From Ostrea edulis (taxonomy: Eukaryota): 64,000 bases of DNA. Below are positions 1 to 26,400 of this stretch, one piece after another (positions within the stretch are counted from its first letter, which is position 1; every line of letters starts with the position of its first letter). The position numbers were made by a program, and so were the translations under genes. Below the pieces are notes generated by a model that saw nothing but the letters and a program-made list of their open reading frames with translations, did not search any database and was not told the origin of the DNA. The stretch spans positions 20,274,001 through 20,338,000 of the forward strand of contig NC_079164.1 in NCBI RefSeq assembly GCF_947568905.1. The letters run 5' to 3'.

Positions 1-1
1 T

Positions 2-106
2 CCAATCTAATTAAAATCAGACTTCTTAGATCAGCACCCACGGACTGTATACTCTTAATCAGAGTATACAGCGAGGACCTAAGAAGTCTGGTTTTAATTA
101 GATTGG
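2..106. mobile_element. Short palindromic (foldback) MITE-like element
   Basis: 28-bp arms 2-29 and 79-106 (27/28 match), with an inner 11-bp perfect stem 45-55/61-71. Confidence 0.6.
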
Positions 107-199
107 TACCAATTCGTAGTTACAGCTGTTTTGCTGGTCATTCAATTTAGTGCTTTCACATTAGGAACAGTGATTATGGTGTTCCAAATGAATAAGAAA

Positions 200-1130
200 T
201 GTTTTAGAAAAATGTCTCCTGTGTGACAATATTAAAAAGGACCCACTTTCAATTTAGAATGCCTATAATGATATAGAAAAAAATGGAGAGACCAGTATAC
301 TAAGTTTGACGTTTATCAACCAAAGGATTTCAAAATGTGTGGAGTAGTTTGACCCACCCTTTTTACTTGTGACATACAAAATCAATTGGGGTCACCTACT
401 CCTTAGGGGGTACCAGTGTATCAAGTTTGGAGTCTACCCAGCACAGGGTTTCCAAAATATTGAGCTGACAATATATTACATCCTGAATAATTTGACTATT
501 GAGCTTCTATCTCAAAATCGGTAACAATTATATACTTCTTAGGGTTTCTCTATAGTTCACACTTTAGCACTACAATACTTAAAGGCCCATTTTGCTGGGA
601 ACGGCTCAAGTTGGATGTCTATTAAGCAAAGGGTTCTAAAGATATTGAGCAAACAATCTTGACTCATGACTGGAGTAGTTTGACCCTAAACTTTTAACCT
701 TGTGACCTAAAATTCAATAAATGTCATCTTCACATACTCCTTTGTTCACAAACTATTTCACGCCCTCCACCCCTCAGATCCACTATAACTTTAATGGAAA
801 CAATTGGATCCTCCTGTCCCTACAATATGCACATCTGCAACTGCAAATGGCATTGAAGTATTGTAAAATTTTCAAGTCTATTGGATAAACCATATAGGAG
901 GAGAAGCATTCACAAGCTATTCTAACATCCTCCACACCTCTTGGATCCACTATAACTTTTAGAAAAATAATTGGATTCTTCTGTTCTGATAAAATGGCAA
1001 TGAAGCATTGTACAAAGTTTCAAGTCTACCCGGTAAGCCATATAGGAGGAGAAGCGTTCACAAGATTTTGTGACAGATACACGGACGGATGGAACAATGT
1101 CTCCCCCTGGAAGAGGGGAGACATAAATAT
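200..1130. repeat. Cluster of non-autonomous Helentron-like (HINE/pearl-type) bivalve repeats
   Basis: Diverged internal tandem subrepeats, a GACG/GATG microsatellite (1077-1092) and a terminal hairpin atgtctcccc...ggggagacat (about 1097-1124). This is the architecture described for bivalve HINEs; family assignment from memory. Confidence 0.5.
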
Positions 1131-1177
1131 CACCTGAATGTGTCCCAGACTCCTATTTATACTTGTAGATGACCTAC

Positions 1178-15471
<14,294 letters not shown>

Positions 15472-15867
15472 AGTATAGAACAAATGTCTCGTAAACTGCA
15501 AAAAAATACTGATAGTCAAAATTAAGATTTTCTCAAATCTATCATTTTTCAATTTTTTGTCCACATGGTGCAAATACCGGAAATAGCAAACTAAAAAGAA
15601 AACCGTAAAAGATCACGGTTTGATGTAAAATACATTTTATTAAAAAATCAGAATAATAGTAATCTTTAAATCCCCATCTAGAATCAATTCACGACTGATT
15701 ATTTACTGTCCTAGTTTCTTGATTATATTTTTATAATTTGTTTTACTATTTAATCGGAAATGCATTTTCATTTTAGTTGCAGACTTCGTTTTCCGGTGTA
15801 ATTTTTAACCAAAACATTGTGACAGTCGATTTCAGATTTGGAAGACCACGATGTTAATTAATCGAGT
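15472..15867. promoter_or_regulatory. Probable bidirectional promoter of NSUN2 and the ZFP64-like gene, with a putative non-coding first exon of the latter
   Basis: NSUN2 ATG at 15471 (-). The ZFP64-like ATG sits 1 nt after an acceptor (17496-17497), so an upstream exon is implied; strong donor CGA/GTAAGT at 15866. ETS-type cores CCGGAA (15577) and TTCCGG (15791) face opposite ways. Confidence 0.5.
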
Positions 15868-17498
15868 AAGTATATATGCTTTCCTTAAATAGCGTGGCCT
15901 TTGGGATACTATATTTCCTTTTTATGTGAATGATTAAAATGAGCAGTCTTAAAACTGAATACCAAACATCATTAACAGGAACTTTTTTTCAGCATGTCCT
16001 GTTCAGGGTATAGGCCTATAGCTTTAATTAGGCATTACACACCCATCAATACAATCATAACTCATAAATGAAAATTATATAATATTGTGTAAAATCATTA
16101 AGACAATTAAAAAACCTACAGGACACAAATTATAGATCTGAGATTTCCATGCATGGACACTTATCCCTGCATTATATTGTGACATGTGCGAGGGAGAGTC
16201 AGAGCGAAGGCCATATTCAGCCATACCAGCTGGGGTCACTACTTTGCCTACCTTTAACAACTTTATTTCGCAGATCTAGCTTCTGAGATCAGTGTTCGAT
16301 GTTGGTTTAAAACTTGGTATAGACCATCATGGCATGGGTCTATGCCAAAAAAGATGACATAGACCTCATCAAATACGCAACTTCCGAGATATCAGCTCTT
16401 CTGTGATGGAGGTACATTAAGTGTTCTGTTGAACGCTTGGGTGGGTACAAGATGTATGTACATATACTATAGACTAGCTATGTAAATGCACATAAATTTA
16501 AAAGTAATGAAAGTGTAAATTTTGTTTATATCAGCCGTTGGTATACATTAAACTGACCATATCAAGAATAATATTTGTTTGAATTAGGCCATTAAATTAA
16601 ATATGAAATTATTTTTTATTTACTACTCTGCACGAGTGATACTTTAATCGAAGGAAAATGGTGCTTATCGATTTTTGTTTGAGCTAATTTATCATTAAAT
16701 ACTAATAAAATTACTATTATTGTGTGTCCCTGCAGATTGGGTGGTTGCATGATGTCTAATAATTGGCCTCAAGGCAATATATGACGGCAGCGATAAGCAT
16801 TTGTACCCACCGCGTGTGAACGATAGTATGTTTTGCGTCTCACTGTGCATAAGAGTTTCACAAAGGGAAAGAACTATTGGACAACTCGGAAATTGCGTAT
16901 TGGCATAGACCGTAACATTGAAAAAAAACACCAACAAACCCACAAATTTAAAACGTTATTTTCTTCTAATGTACTTTGAAAGCATATTTTCTTTAAATTT
17001 CCTTAACAATGTCCTCCTTTCCTCACAGCGTTTATCAGACATCGACTTTTGGGATAACTATTGCTTTAAACCTAGAAATTCGTCATAGACAATTTGGTCT
17101 ATCCCAATTACAATTGGCATAGACCGGTGTCATTTGACATAGACTCTGTCTATTGGTCTCTGGTTAATTTCGAACACTGTGAGATACGAGGAATCTTATT
17201 ATTCTTCAAGTTGTGTTTTATGGTACGTGTCACTGAATTTCCACATTTCAATATGGCTTCTGCTCTGACTCACCCCACCCAATATGAAATTGAGGAAAAG
17301 AGAAAGAGGAATCTCAGATTTTAATAGAACGAAACATTTTATTTTGGATTATTAAGTTCAAGATATTTCATGAACCTGGGGCCTGTTGACCACCACACAA
17401 GTATCATAATATAGAAAGGAAACTTGTCTATTAACATTAATAAGAAAAGCTCTCTCATTTGCATTGTTTATAATCACAATTTCATTTATTTGTCAAGA

Positions 17499-20400
17499 AT
17501 GGAATATAACACAATAGTCTTTGACCTTCACATCTGCGGTGCCTGCAGAAAAGAATACAATGACTACCAGGAGCTTATCAAGCATAAAGAAGAATGCATT
17601 GTTTTGGAAGAGCTAAAGCAGCAGAGAATATTGTCCATCAGACACACTGGATCAGCAATCCAGCATGCTCCTATTGGAGAAAGGTACAAAGAGAATTCTA
17701 GAGACTGGTCACCATCTGTGAAAAGAGACAATGTCCTTTTGAAGTCTTCAGTAGAAACTGGTGCATATAATCAGTTGTCTTCAAGTGTAGTTCCAGTCGC
17801 TTCCTTACAACCTCCTGTAAACCTAAATCCAGAACAGCTGCCAGTACACACAGAACAGACAGTTCTACAGACAACATCAGTGAACAGCAATAGTGATATT
17901 TCACAACACAGGTCTGGTGAGACTGTTGAACTTCAGCCACAAATTGTGCAAAAACCTCCATATTCTAGCAATGTTGTCCCTGATAGTTATTTATCAAAGC
18001 CTCAACATGAGCTGGTTAGCAGTGGGAATCAAGCAGCCACACCAGTCGGGCATGAGTACGCCAGGCAGGCTCTGGAGGAGGGGGGAGGTAAAGGTGTGTA
18101 TACTATTAGATAGACATTTTCAGAATCATATGGAAATATTTTTATGATGTAGTAATTAGTTTCTAACTAGATTCATCACACAGGTGTTATTTTCTTTTTT
18201 GACATATTGTGCTGATAACAAAAATTTATCCGTATCAGGTTTAAGTTAAGATTTTGATTGCCCTTGACGACCAACCTAGAAAAATGCCACAAATCCAACC
18301 ATTTATCTCTATTTTTGTCATCAAAATTTCAGAAGGAAAAAAATCCGAGTTTCTTGTGCCTGGTTCTAGTTCTAGTTTGGCTTAAATGGTTTTGCACTTC
18401 ATTATTCTTTAATGACATTTGCTACAAACGCTTTGTCTAAAATGATGAAAATGAAAACCGAATTTGTTTTTATATGCACTAGAATGAATACATTTAATTA
18501 AGCCCCAAAACAGTAGGGAAAGTTTATATAAAGTTATATAGGGAGGGATAATTTCAATTTTTTAACATCTTAGAAAATTGCAAGTGCCTTATTTTTTATA
18601 TATATATATATTTTTTCATATTTGCACTTATTACAACCAAACTAGGCCAAAAATTATAGATCAACCTATGCATCCATTTTTGTTTGTTTGTATAAATTCA
18701 TCTGTGTCAGATGTTGGTAATATAAGCCACTGTCATACAACATATCTATCAATTTCTGTCGGTAACAGGCCTAAAAGCTTTGTTGTGCAATTCAGAATTC
18801 ATGATAATTTAAATTAAAATTTTTGCTCCTATGCGTTTACAGAAGAGGATCCTAGCAGTTCACAACCAGTGTGTCAAATTGTCACCACAAACAATGAGAG
18901 GTACCTCATCATTACCAACACTGGGCAGGGAGATATATGTATACCTATTACAGACGAGAACAAAGATGTTCTGACGTTGCTTCAGAGCTTCATGAAGGAC
19001 TCTAATGAACAAGGTATATCTTTTCTAAGCTTCTTGAACAAGTCCTGATGGTGTGTTCTAACCAGGGATAGGGCACTTGAAATTTGTAAGATTTCGTAAT
19101 TAGCTGTAGTGAATTACCTTTTTCAGTAGGAATCGAGTTTAGAAATGAATACCAAGTAATTGGAAAGTACATGTATTTAATTACCTGTAGAAAGTACATG
19201 TATTTAATTACTTGTAGAAAGTATGTGTATTTAATTACTTGTAGAAAGTACATGTATTTAATTACCTGTAGAAAGGGAATGGAGGTAATCACTTTCATTG
19301 GAAAAACCATACAATTGTAATTGAAATTAATTGAAGGAATTCACATTGTAATTGAAAGTATTTCATTTCATTAAAAGGAATTGAACCCATTCCTGGTTCA
19401 AACAGTTTCATCAAGTATTTTCATATGATTATAAAAGTTGCTTAAAATTTGTATTTGGAAGAGCTCTTTTAAGACATAATTTAAATTTGTTGACTTTTTT
19501 TGGATAGAAATTTGTCGTTTGTGTAGTTGTTAAGTGTCATTATAAACTTTCACAATGTATCCTGGTGTGATAAGAATTCAAATCAGCTCAAATAAAGTGT
19601 CAAAAACTTTCTGAGGGAAGATGATAAGGATTTAGAAAAAATATTATGGATGATTAAAAAATTCTTCTCAACAACCATAATTTGAACCATCAAAATCAAA
19701 ACTTGCATGGAAGCTTTTATAGAGAAGATTCAATTTTATTCAAACTGTGATACCCCCACCACCACCACCACCAACAACAACAACCAAATTCAGACCTCAA
19801 CAGAGATTTCAGTTTTGCATGTTATATATTGGAAAAAAATTAAGAAATAGAAATCTGTTCTAAAAAAAACCCCACAAGGTTACAATATTTCAAATCAATA
19901 TAAAGGCATCCTCATTTCTGTAAATTTATTTATGACCAGGACCACAATAGGATTTTAAAGTTTTACATAGAATATGTAATTGTCAATTTGATATGCAGTG
20001 TGATTCAGGTGAGCATTGTGACACATGTGCATTTTGTTTTAATGTATAGGTTCTCTTTTCACCACAAATCTCCAAAAGGCCACAGATGACCTAAAAGATA
20101 GACATTTCACAAATCAACAGGAACTCGCCAGTGATATACAAAATTCAGTGCCCCCTTTACTTCCAAATCCTGATGTTAATGCAACAAATTCTGGAGCTCT
20201 GCATTCTCTGCTTGGGCAGCAATTATCAAAACCAGTCGTGTACCCCCAGCAGATGGGAAACAACATAGAAGGAATTCAGAATTTACCACAACCAATTCTC
20301 CAGATGCAGTTAGACCACAATGCATCATTCTCCCTGTTGTCCCCCTCACAAGTCAATTCCAATATCCTGTCAGACTCTTCCCACAATACCCCTCAATCTC

Positions 20401-23400
20401 AGCAACACTTGTTGCAAGAATCCATTCACATGCCAACTGTTGCAAATCCGAATCAATCACTACCTCGTCAATCATCCACAATAAATGTACCTGTATCAGA
20501 AATAAGTGTGAATACAACCAGTGATATAACTCCTTTATTAATCAGCACTGATCACCACAATCTCCAAAAGCTCGCTGATATCCCACTGACACCAAATACA
20601 GTTCTAACATCACTTGGCAATTTGAGTAAATATGCCAACACTGACAATATTGAGACTACAGGAATACACAGTGTAGATAATGCATCCAATGAACCAGACC
20701 GACATGCGAATCATAATATAACAGAGGGGTCCCTCCAGAATCTGGAGATGAGCAGTGTGGTGTACATGGGAGACAACAGCTACTCAGTGCATTTCCAGAC
20801 GCAAGGCAAGTCCAACCAAACCAACCTGTCCACTGAAACTCTCTGTGTGGATTCTCAAGACGTAGGTCTTAACCAGCTGGTGGAAGATGGAGTTACCTCC
20901 ACCAGCCAGACAATGGATGGTAAAATTAGTGCAGAGAACCAGATGGTGGAGGGTGGAGTAAGCATGTCTAATGAGGAGGAGGTACAGGAGAGTCAGGTGG
21001 TGGAACAGCTCCACCAGGCCTACCTCAGAACTCAACAGAACAAGGAGAAACAACTCAGTCAGCAGCACAAAGTGAAGTCGAAGCAGACGACAGTGCAGAG
21101 GTCACCAGAAGACAGTAAACAGAAACACACACGAAGTAAGCGGTTATATTGTGAAATTTGGCTGAATTTGTTGTATATGATATCAAATGCAGGTGTTTCT
21201 TCACTTGTGTCTCTACATCTGGTGATTAGTGAAAAAAAAATTATATGTAATATACATATATGTTACAAAATAATAATTTCAAGACAGAATGATGATAGTT
21301 CAAAATACTAGTAATTCAAAGCTCTAATTCAGTAAATACATCACATTTAGAAAATACATGTACAGTGAAACCTGTCTAATCTGAGAAACACTGGGAGACA
21401 ATTTTTTTTGTCTGAATACACAGTGTGTAAAAATAGACAGTGTAAAAATAATGAGAATGAAAATAAGGGGCGGAATGCCCAGTGAAACAGATTGCACAGG
21501 TGTCGGATAAGGCAGTTTCCACTGTACCAATTTCTAGAGATATTGAAATCTGTGTAATCTTGAAAATAAGGCACTTAGTATTTTATCTTGTGTTATAACA
21601 GAAAAGAAATATAAGTGTTCAGTTCGGGACTGCAACTTTGTGTTTGCGTACATGAAAGATCTGGAACGTCACATGCGAGTTCACACAGGAGAGAGGCCGT
21701 ACAGCTGTGAATATTGTAACAAAAGTTTTAGTCGTCTAGACAAACTCCGCCTACATATCAGGGGCCACACAGGAGAGAAACCATTCAAATGTGAACTCTG
21801 TAAGTAACAAATTTTAGATGTGTATATTTTATACACAGATCCCCAGAAAACTGTATAATGGTATAGCATTTCTGTTTGTCAGCCTGAAATGGATATCTGT
21901 TAGCTTTTATCAGGGTCATTAAACCTTCTCAGCAGATGTATCAATGGGAAAAGGTGTGTAATGCTCCAAAACTAGGTCATGGTGACCTATTTTTGGAATT
22001 TTATGGCTATGCTAGACTTTGCTTGATGGAGCATGCAAATTTCTCTGACTGATTGGTAGTATAATGGTTTCAATAAAAGTGAGTTTGGATGACCATGCTA
22101 TGCCATTCTTTCAGTGTGATTGGTCACTGAGAACAAAGATAAAACCTTATTTATTGAAATCTATGAGAAGTCTCCCCCAAACATTTGCACGCTCGATCAA
22201 GCGAAAGTGTTATGCTGTTATTGAAACGATAGTACATACCATGAGACCTAGGATCATCAATTTGGTCTGTTGTTGCATTTTAGAAGAATGATCAAATGAG
22301 CAAAGTTATAAAACCATGAGAGACGATTCGTTTTCCAGGGATATAGATGCAGCTCAAAAGTAGGTCATGATGACCTTATATTTGAATACTTTAAACCAAT
22401 TTTTATTCATGTGCATAAATTTATACGAGGTTTGCTTGTGTATTCCTTTTGACAAGACTTTTCTTTGGGCAGCAACATTTTTGAACTTTAACCTTGGAGT
22501 TTGATCTACCTGGTACTTTTGAAAAACCTTTACCTAGTCTAAAACTTTTAAATGATTAGTGATAGGGCTTTTATATTTGACATGTGTATTCCTTGTGACA
22601 AGATATTTCTTTGGGTAGCAGAATTACTTTGCTGCAATATGGAGGCATCAGTGCTTCACAGACACATCTTGTCACACCTAACCTCATAGAATTAATATAG
22701 AGCCAATCCCTCAAACAAAATAAAGCATATATATATATATATAGATATATAGAAAAAAGACATGTATTTGAATGAAAGACAGAAGAGTATTAAGATGTTC
22801 ATGTAGTTTGAAATAGCAGTCAGAATTAAGATCAAATTATACTATTAGTGAATGTAGGTCTTTGCTCACAAGCATCACTGTGACAGATAAAGGGTTCTCT
22901 ATAATTTGATCTGTCAAAATATTTAAGATCAGTTTATAGCCATTGCGTGCAAGCAGTGCATGATCTTATCACTTGTAGCTTCGTTATAGATGGATTATGT
23001 ACAAATTAATTAAATTCAGTTGAAATAAGAAGACTTTATTCCTGTATTTAATTGGGAACTCAAGTGTTTTAGAGTTTTTGATAAGGTACATGATCCATTG
23101 CACTTTTCTATGACCATAATAGTACTGGGTCACCTCTCAGGGGCTGGACTGATGAAGTTCATGTAGACCTCCTGTTTATGCAATATAAGTACACTCAATT
23201 TACAGATCAAGCACAGCTGAAACTTAGAAACCAAAGCTGAAACACAGTTATTGAGAATTAAGCTACGTTTCTTGAAAAATAGTCTTATATTGCCTTGTAT
23301 ATGTTAAATTGTAAAAGAGAGCATGTTTTCTATTGGTACAATGCAATCTTGTTACATCACAATAATTTCCTAACAACTAATGACAATCATTTGAGGACAC

Positions 23401-26400
23401 CATCTTGGAACCATTGGTTGGTAGGTGGCTCTCATTTTCTATAAAAAGTAAACAGCAATATAATGAGATACAGGGTTTTTCATTGAGGTAATGCAATGAA
23501 ATCTCATCAATGTACTTATAGTGCATGATTGAATTAGATTTAAATGTTTGTCCTCCTGACTAGCATCATTTACTGGTACTTAACTAGATGCTGTCATAAG
23601 ACAGTAATATCCATATTCAGATGTTTGCCTTTAAATATACCTTACGTCGTACTAGAAGCCACAATAGCTACCACATAACATAGCTTATAGCATATATATT
23701 TGTGTTTCATATGTCAAGATGCACTGAGTATTCTGCTGGGAAAGTGCCCTGGGGTTATCCAAAAACCCCATTCAAATTTTTCAAATTTCAAATTGTTGAA
23801 ATATACAATTTTACAACTGAGGTCCTGACCCCTAAACTATATATATTCATTGTGCACATATCAGGATGCATTTAAGTAATCTGACTGGCAAGTGCCATGG
23901 GGTCATTCCAACCCCCATCATTGTGTCTCCCCTTCCCAGAAGGAGGACATATTGTTTAAGTGTGAATTCTTCTTCCTCTTCTCTTACAAGATTTGTCCGG
24001 GCGATACATTTTTTACCTTTTGACATAGGCCTTTGATATTTGGTATGTGGGTATACCATGATCATAAGACAGTATGTATTGTACCATTTTTGATTACCTT
24101 TGACGTTGACCTTTTATGTAAAGGTCAAATTATAGAATTTTGGGGGCATTGTTTTTGGTCCGGACCATAACATTTTTGTCTTTTGACTTAGGCCTTTGAT
24201 ATTTGGTTTGTTGGTAAGTTTGATGTACTATCATATGTTCACAACACTGTTTCATGGTTGAAGCACATACACATGTCAGTGACTGGCATGTACAGTAACT
24301 CTTAATTTTCCACTTTAAAGATGATCCCTAAAATTGTTTTAAAAAAGCCTATGGAAAATGGAAGGGGGACATCAGTTTTAGTGTGCTAAAGCAATTCTTC
24401 ATAGTTTTTTTTTTATTGTTCAAATATCTTTAAAATGGTTAAGATTCTAACCCTTAATGCAGCACATAACGCAATACACCAGGATTTTGTCCATCGTTTT
24501 TTCACCCCATTTGCCCCTCAAGGTGAAAAAGAAAATTCCAAAAACATGTTGCACATCTAAAGGATACCACCAATCATCTTCCAAAAGATGATTTGGCTAC
24601 TGCATAAAATGTAAGAAGAGTTCTGGGAAACAGGTTTTTGTAGAAAAATGTCGTTTTGACCCCTCTTTGGCCCCCAGGGTGAAAATGAAAATTCAAAAAT
24701 CTTATTGCACATCTATAGGACACCACCAATTATCTTCCAAAAGATGATTTGGCTACTGCGTAAAATGTAGGAGGAGTTATGGAATCCAGGTTTGTATAAT
24801 TGTTTTTCTACCCCTATTTGGCCCCCACGGTAAAACTGAAAATTCCAAAACCTTATATTGCACATCTACAGGACACCACCTATCATATTCATAAAGATTG
24901 ATTGGTTACTACTTAAAAGAGGAGTTTGAGGAAAAAGAATGATTGACAGATGGACGGACGGACAGACCAGGGTAACAACAATATACCTGAACTTCCATTA
25001 AAAAATGTGGGTATAATCATGGCCCTACCATATGATAATCACTCTGTCCATCCCTCTGTCTGAGTTTACTCAGGTGACCTATAGCAATTGGTTGTTGTCC
25101 TTTGTTGTGTGACGTGCATCGTGCGTTAACAATTGAACATTTTTAACTTCTTCTTGATAACTACCAGTCCAATTCTTTTAAAATTTTGTTATGAAGATCT
25201 TTGGGACAAGGGGGACATAATTGTAAATTTCAGGACTCCAGCACCCCTGGGGCCCAAGGGGCGGAGCAAAAACTGTCCAAAATTGACCAATTTTCAAAAA
25301 TCTTCTTCTCAATAATCGCACATGTTTAAGAAAAACTAAAAGCATAGTGATGTAGAGCAAGAAGGCCTCTACCAAAATTGTAAATTTCATGATTCCTGGG
25401 ATAGGGGTTCTGACCCCAGGGCGGGACCAAACTTGGTATATAGTGTTTATGTGTAAAACACTTGAATAACATCTTTTTTCATGTTATTGAAACTAAATGG
25501 ATATTTAGAAAGAGCAGGTTGTCTTTTACCAAAATTGTAAATTTGATGATTCCCAGAGTAGGGGTTCTGACCCTACGGTGGGGCCAAACTTAGTATATAG
25601 TATTTATGTGTAAGTTTGCTGATACTGTATAAAATCTAAATGCATACACAGGAATAGCAGAAAAGGATGTACAAAAAATGGTGAATTTCACAATGAATGG
25701 GTCCAAATTAGTCGTATCTTTTGATGTTTTAATGTTAATACACCTATTATATTATGTAAAACCTTTCATCATATAGGCATGTGATAACTTAAGTTTTCTT
25801 GAAATGACAATTGTCATTGACTCTCTTTTCCACATTTCATCATGACTGATGCCATGCCTGCCTCTGACGTTACGGGACCCCTTCTGACCTGTCGATTTTC
25901 TAGTCTCAGTTATTTTCATTTTTTTTGCAGGTAACTACAGAGCTGTTGACAATGGAAGCTTAAAAAAACACATGGCAGTGCACAGTAACGACAAACCTAT
26001 CAAGTGTGTTGTTAATCCTTTCTCAAGATTTTTTACATCCATAGCTTTAAAGTTTTTGTAAATTATGAGATGATACATGCAACTTTTACCACTGAATGAT
26101 GAGGAAGTTGACCAATAGGTGGATGGACATCACAGGGTGTCCAGGGCTGTGTTCAAGATCGTAGTGGCTAGTCTAGGGGCTAGGTATAGTGGCTAATTTG
26201 TGCCATTGTAAATTTGTTGTTTTTTCATTATTTTGAGGCAAAAAGTAGCTAATATTATCCTTTAGTCGTCTTTTCATTATTTCGGGATGAAAAGACGCTA
26301 AATATCGCTTTGTTGTCTTTTCTCCTCAAAATAACAATCAGACGATAAAGTGTAGAATGGCACAAATCAGCCACCATACCTAGCCCCTAGGCTAACCGGT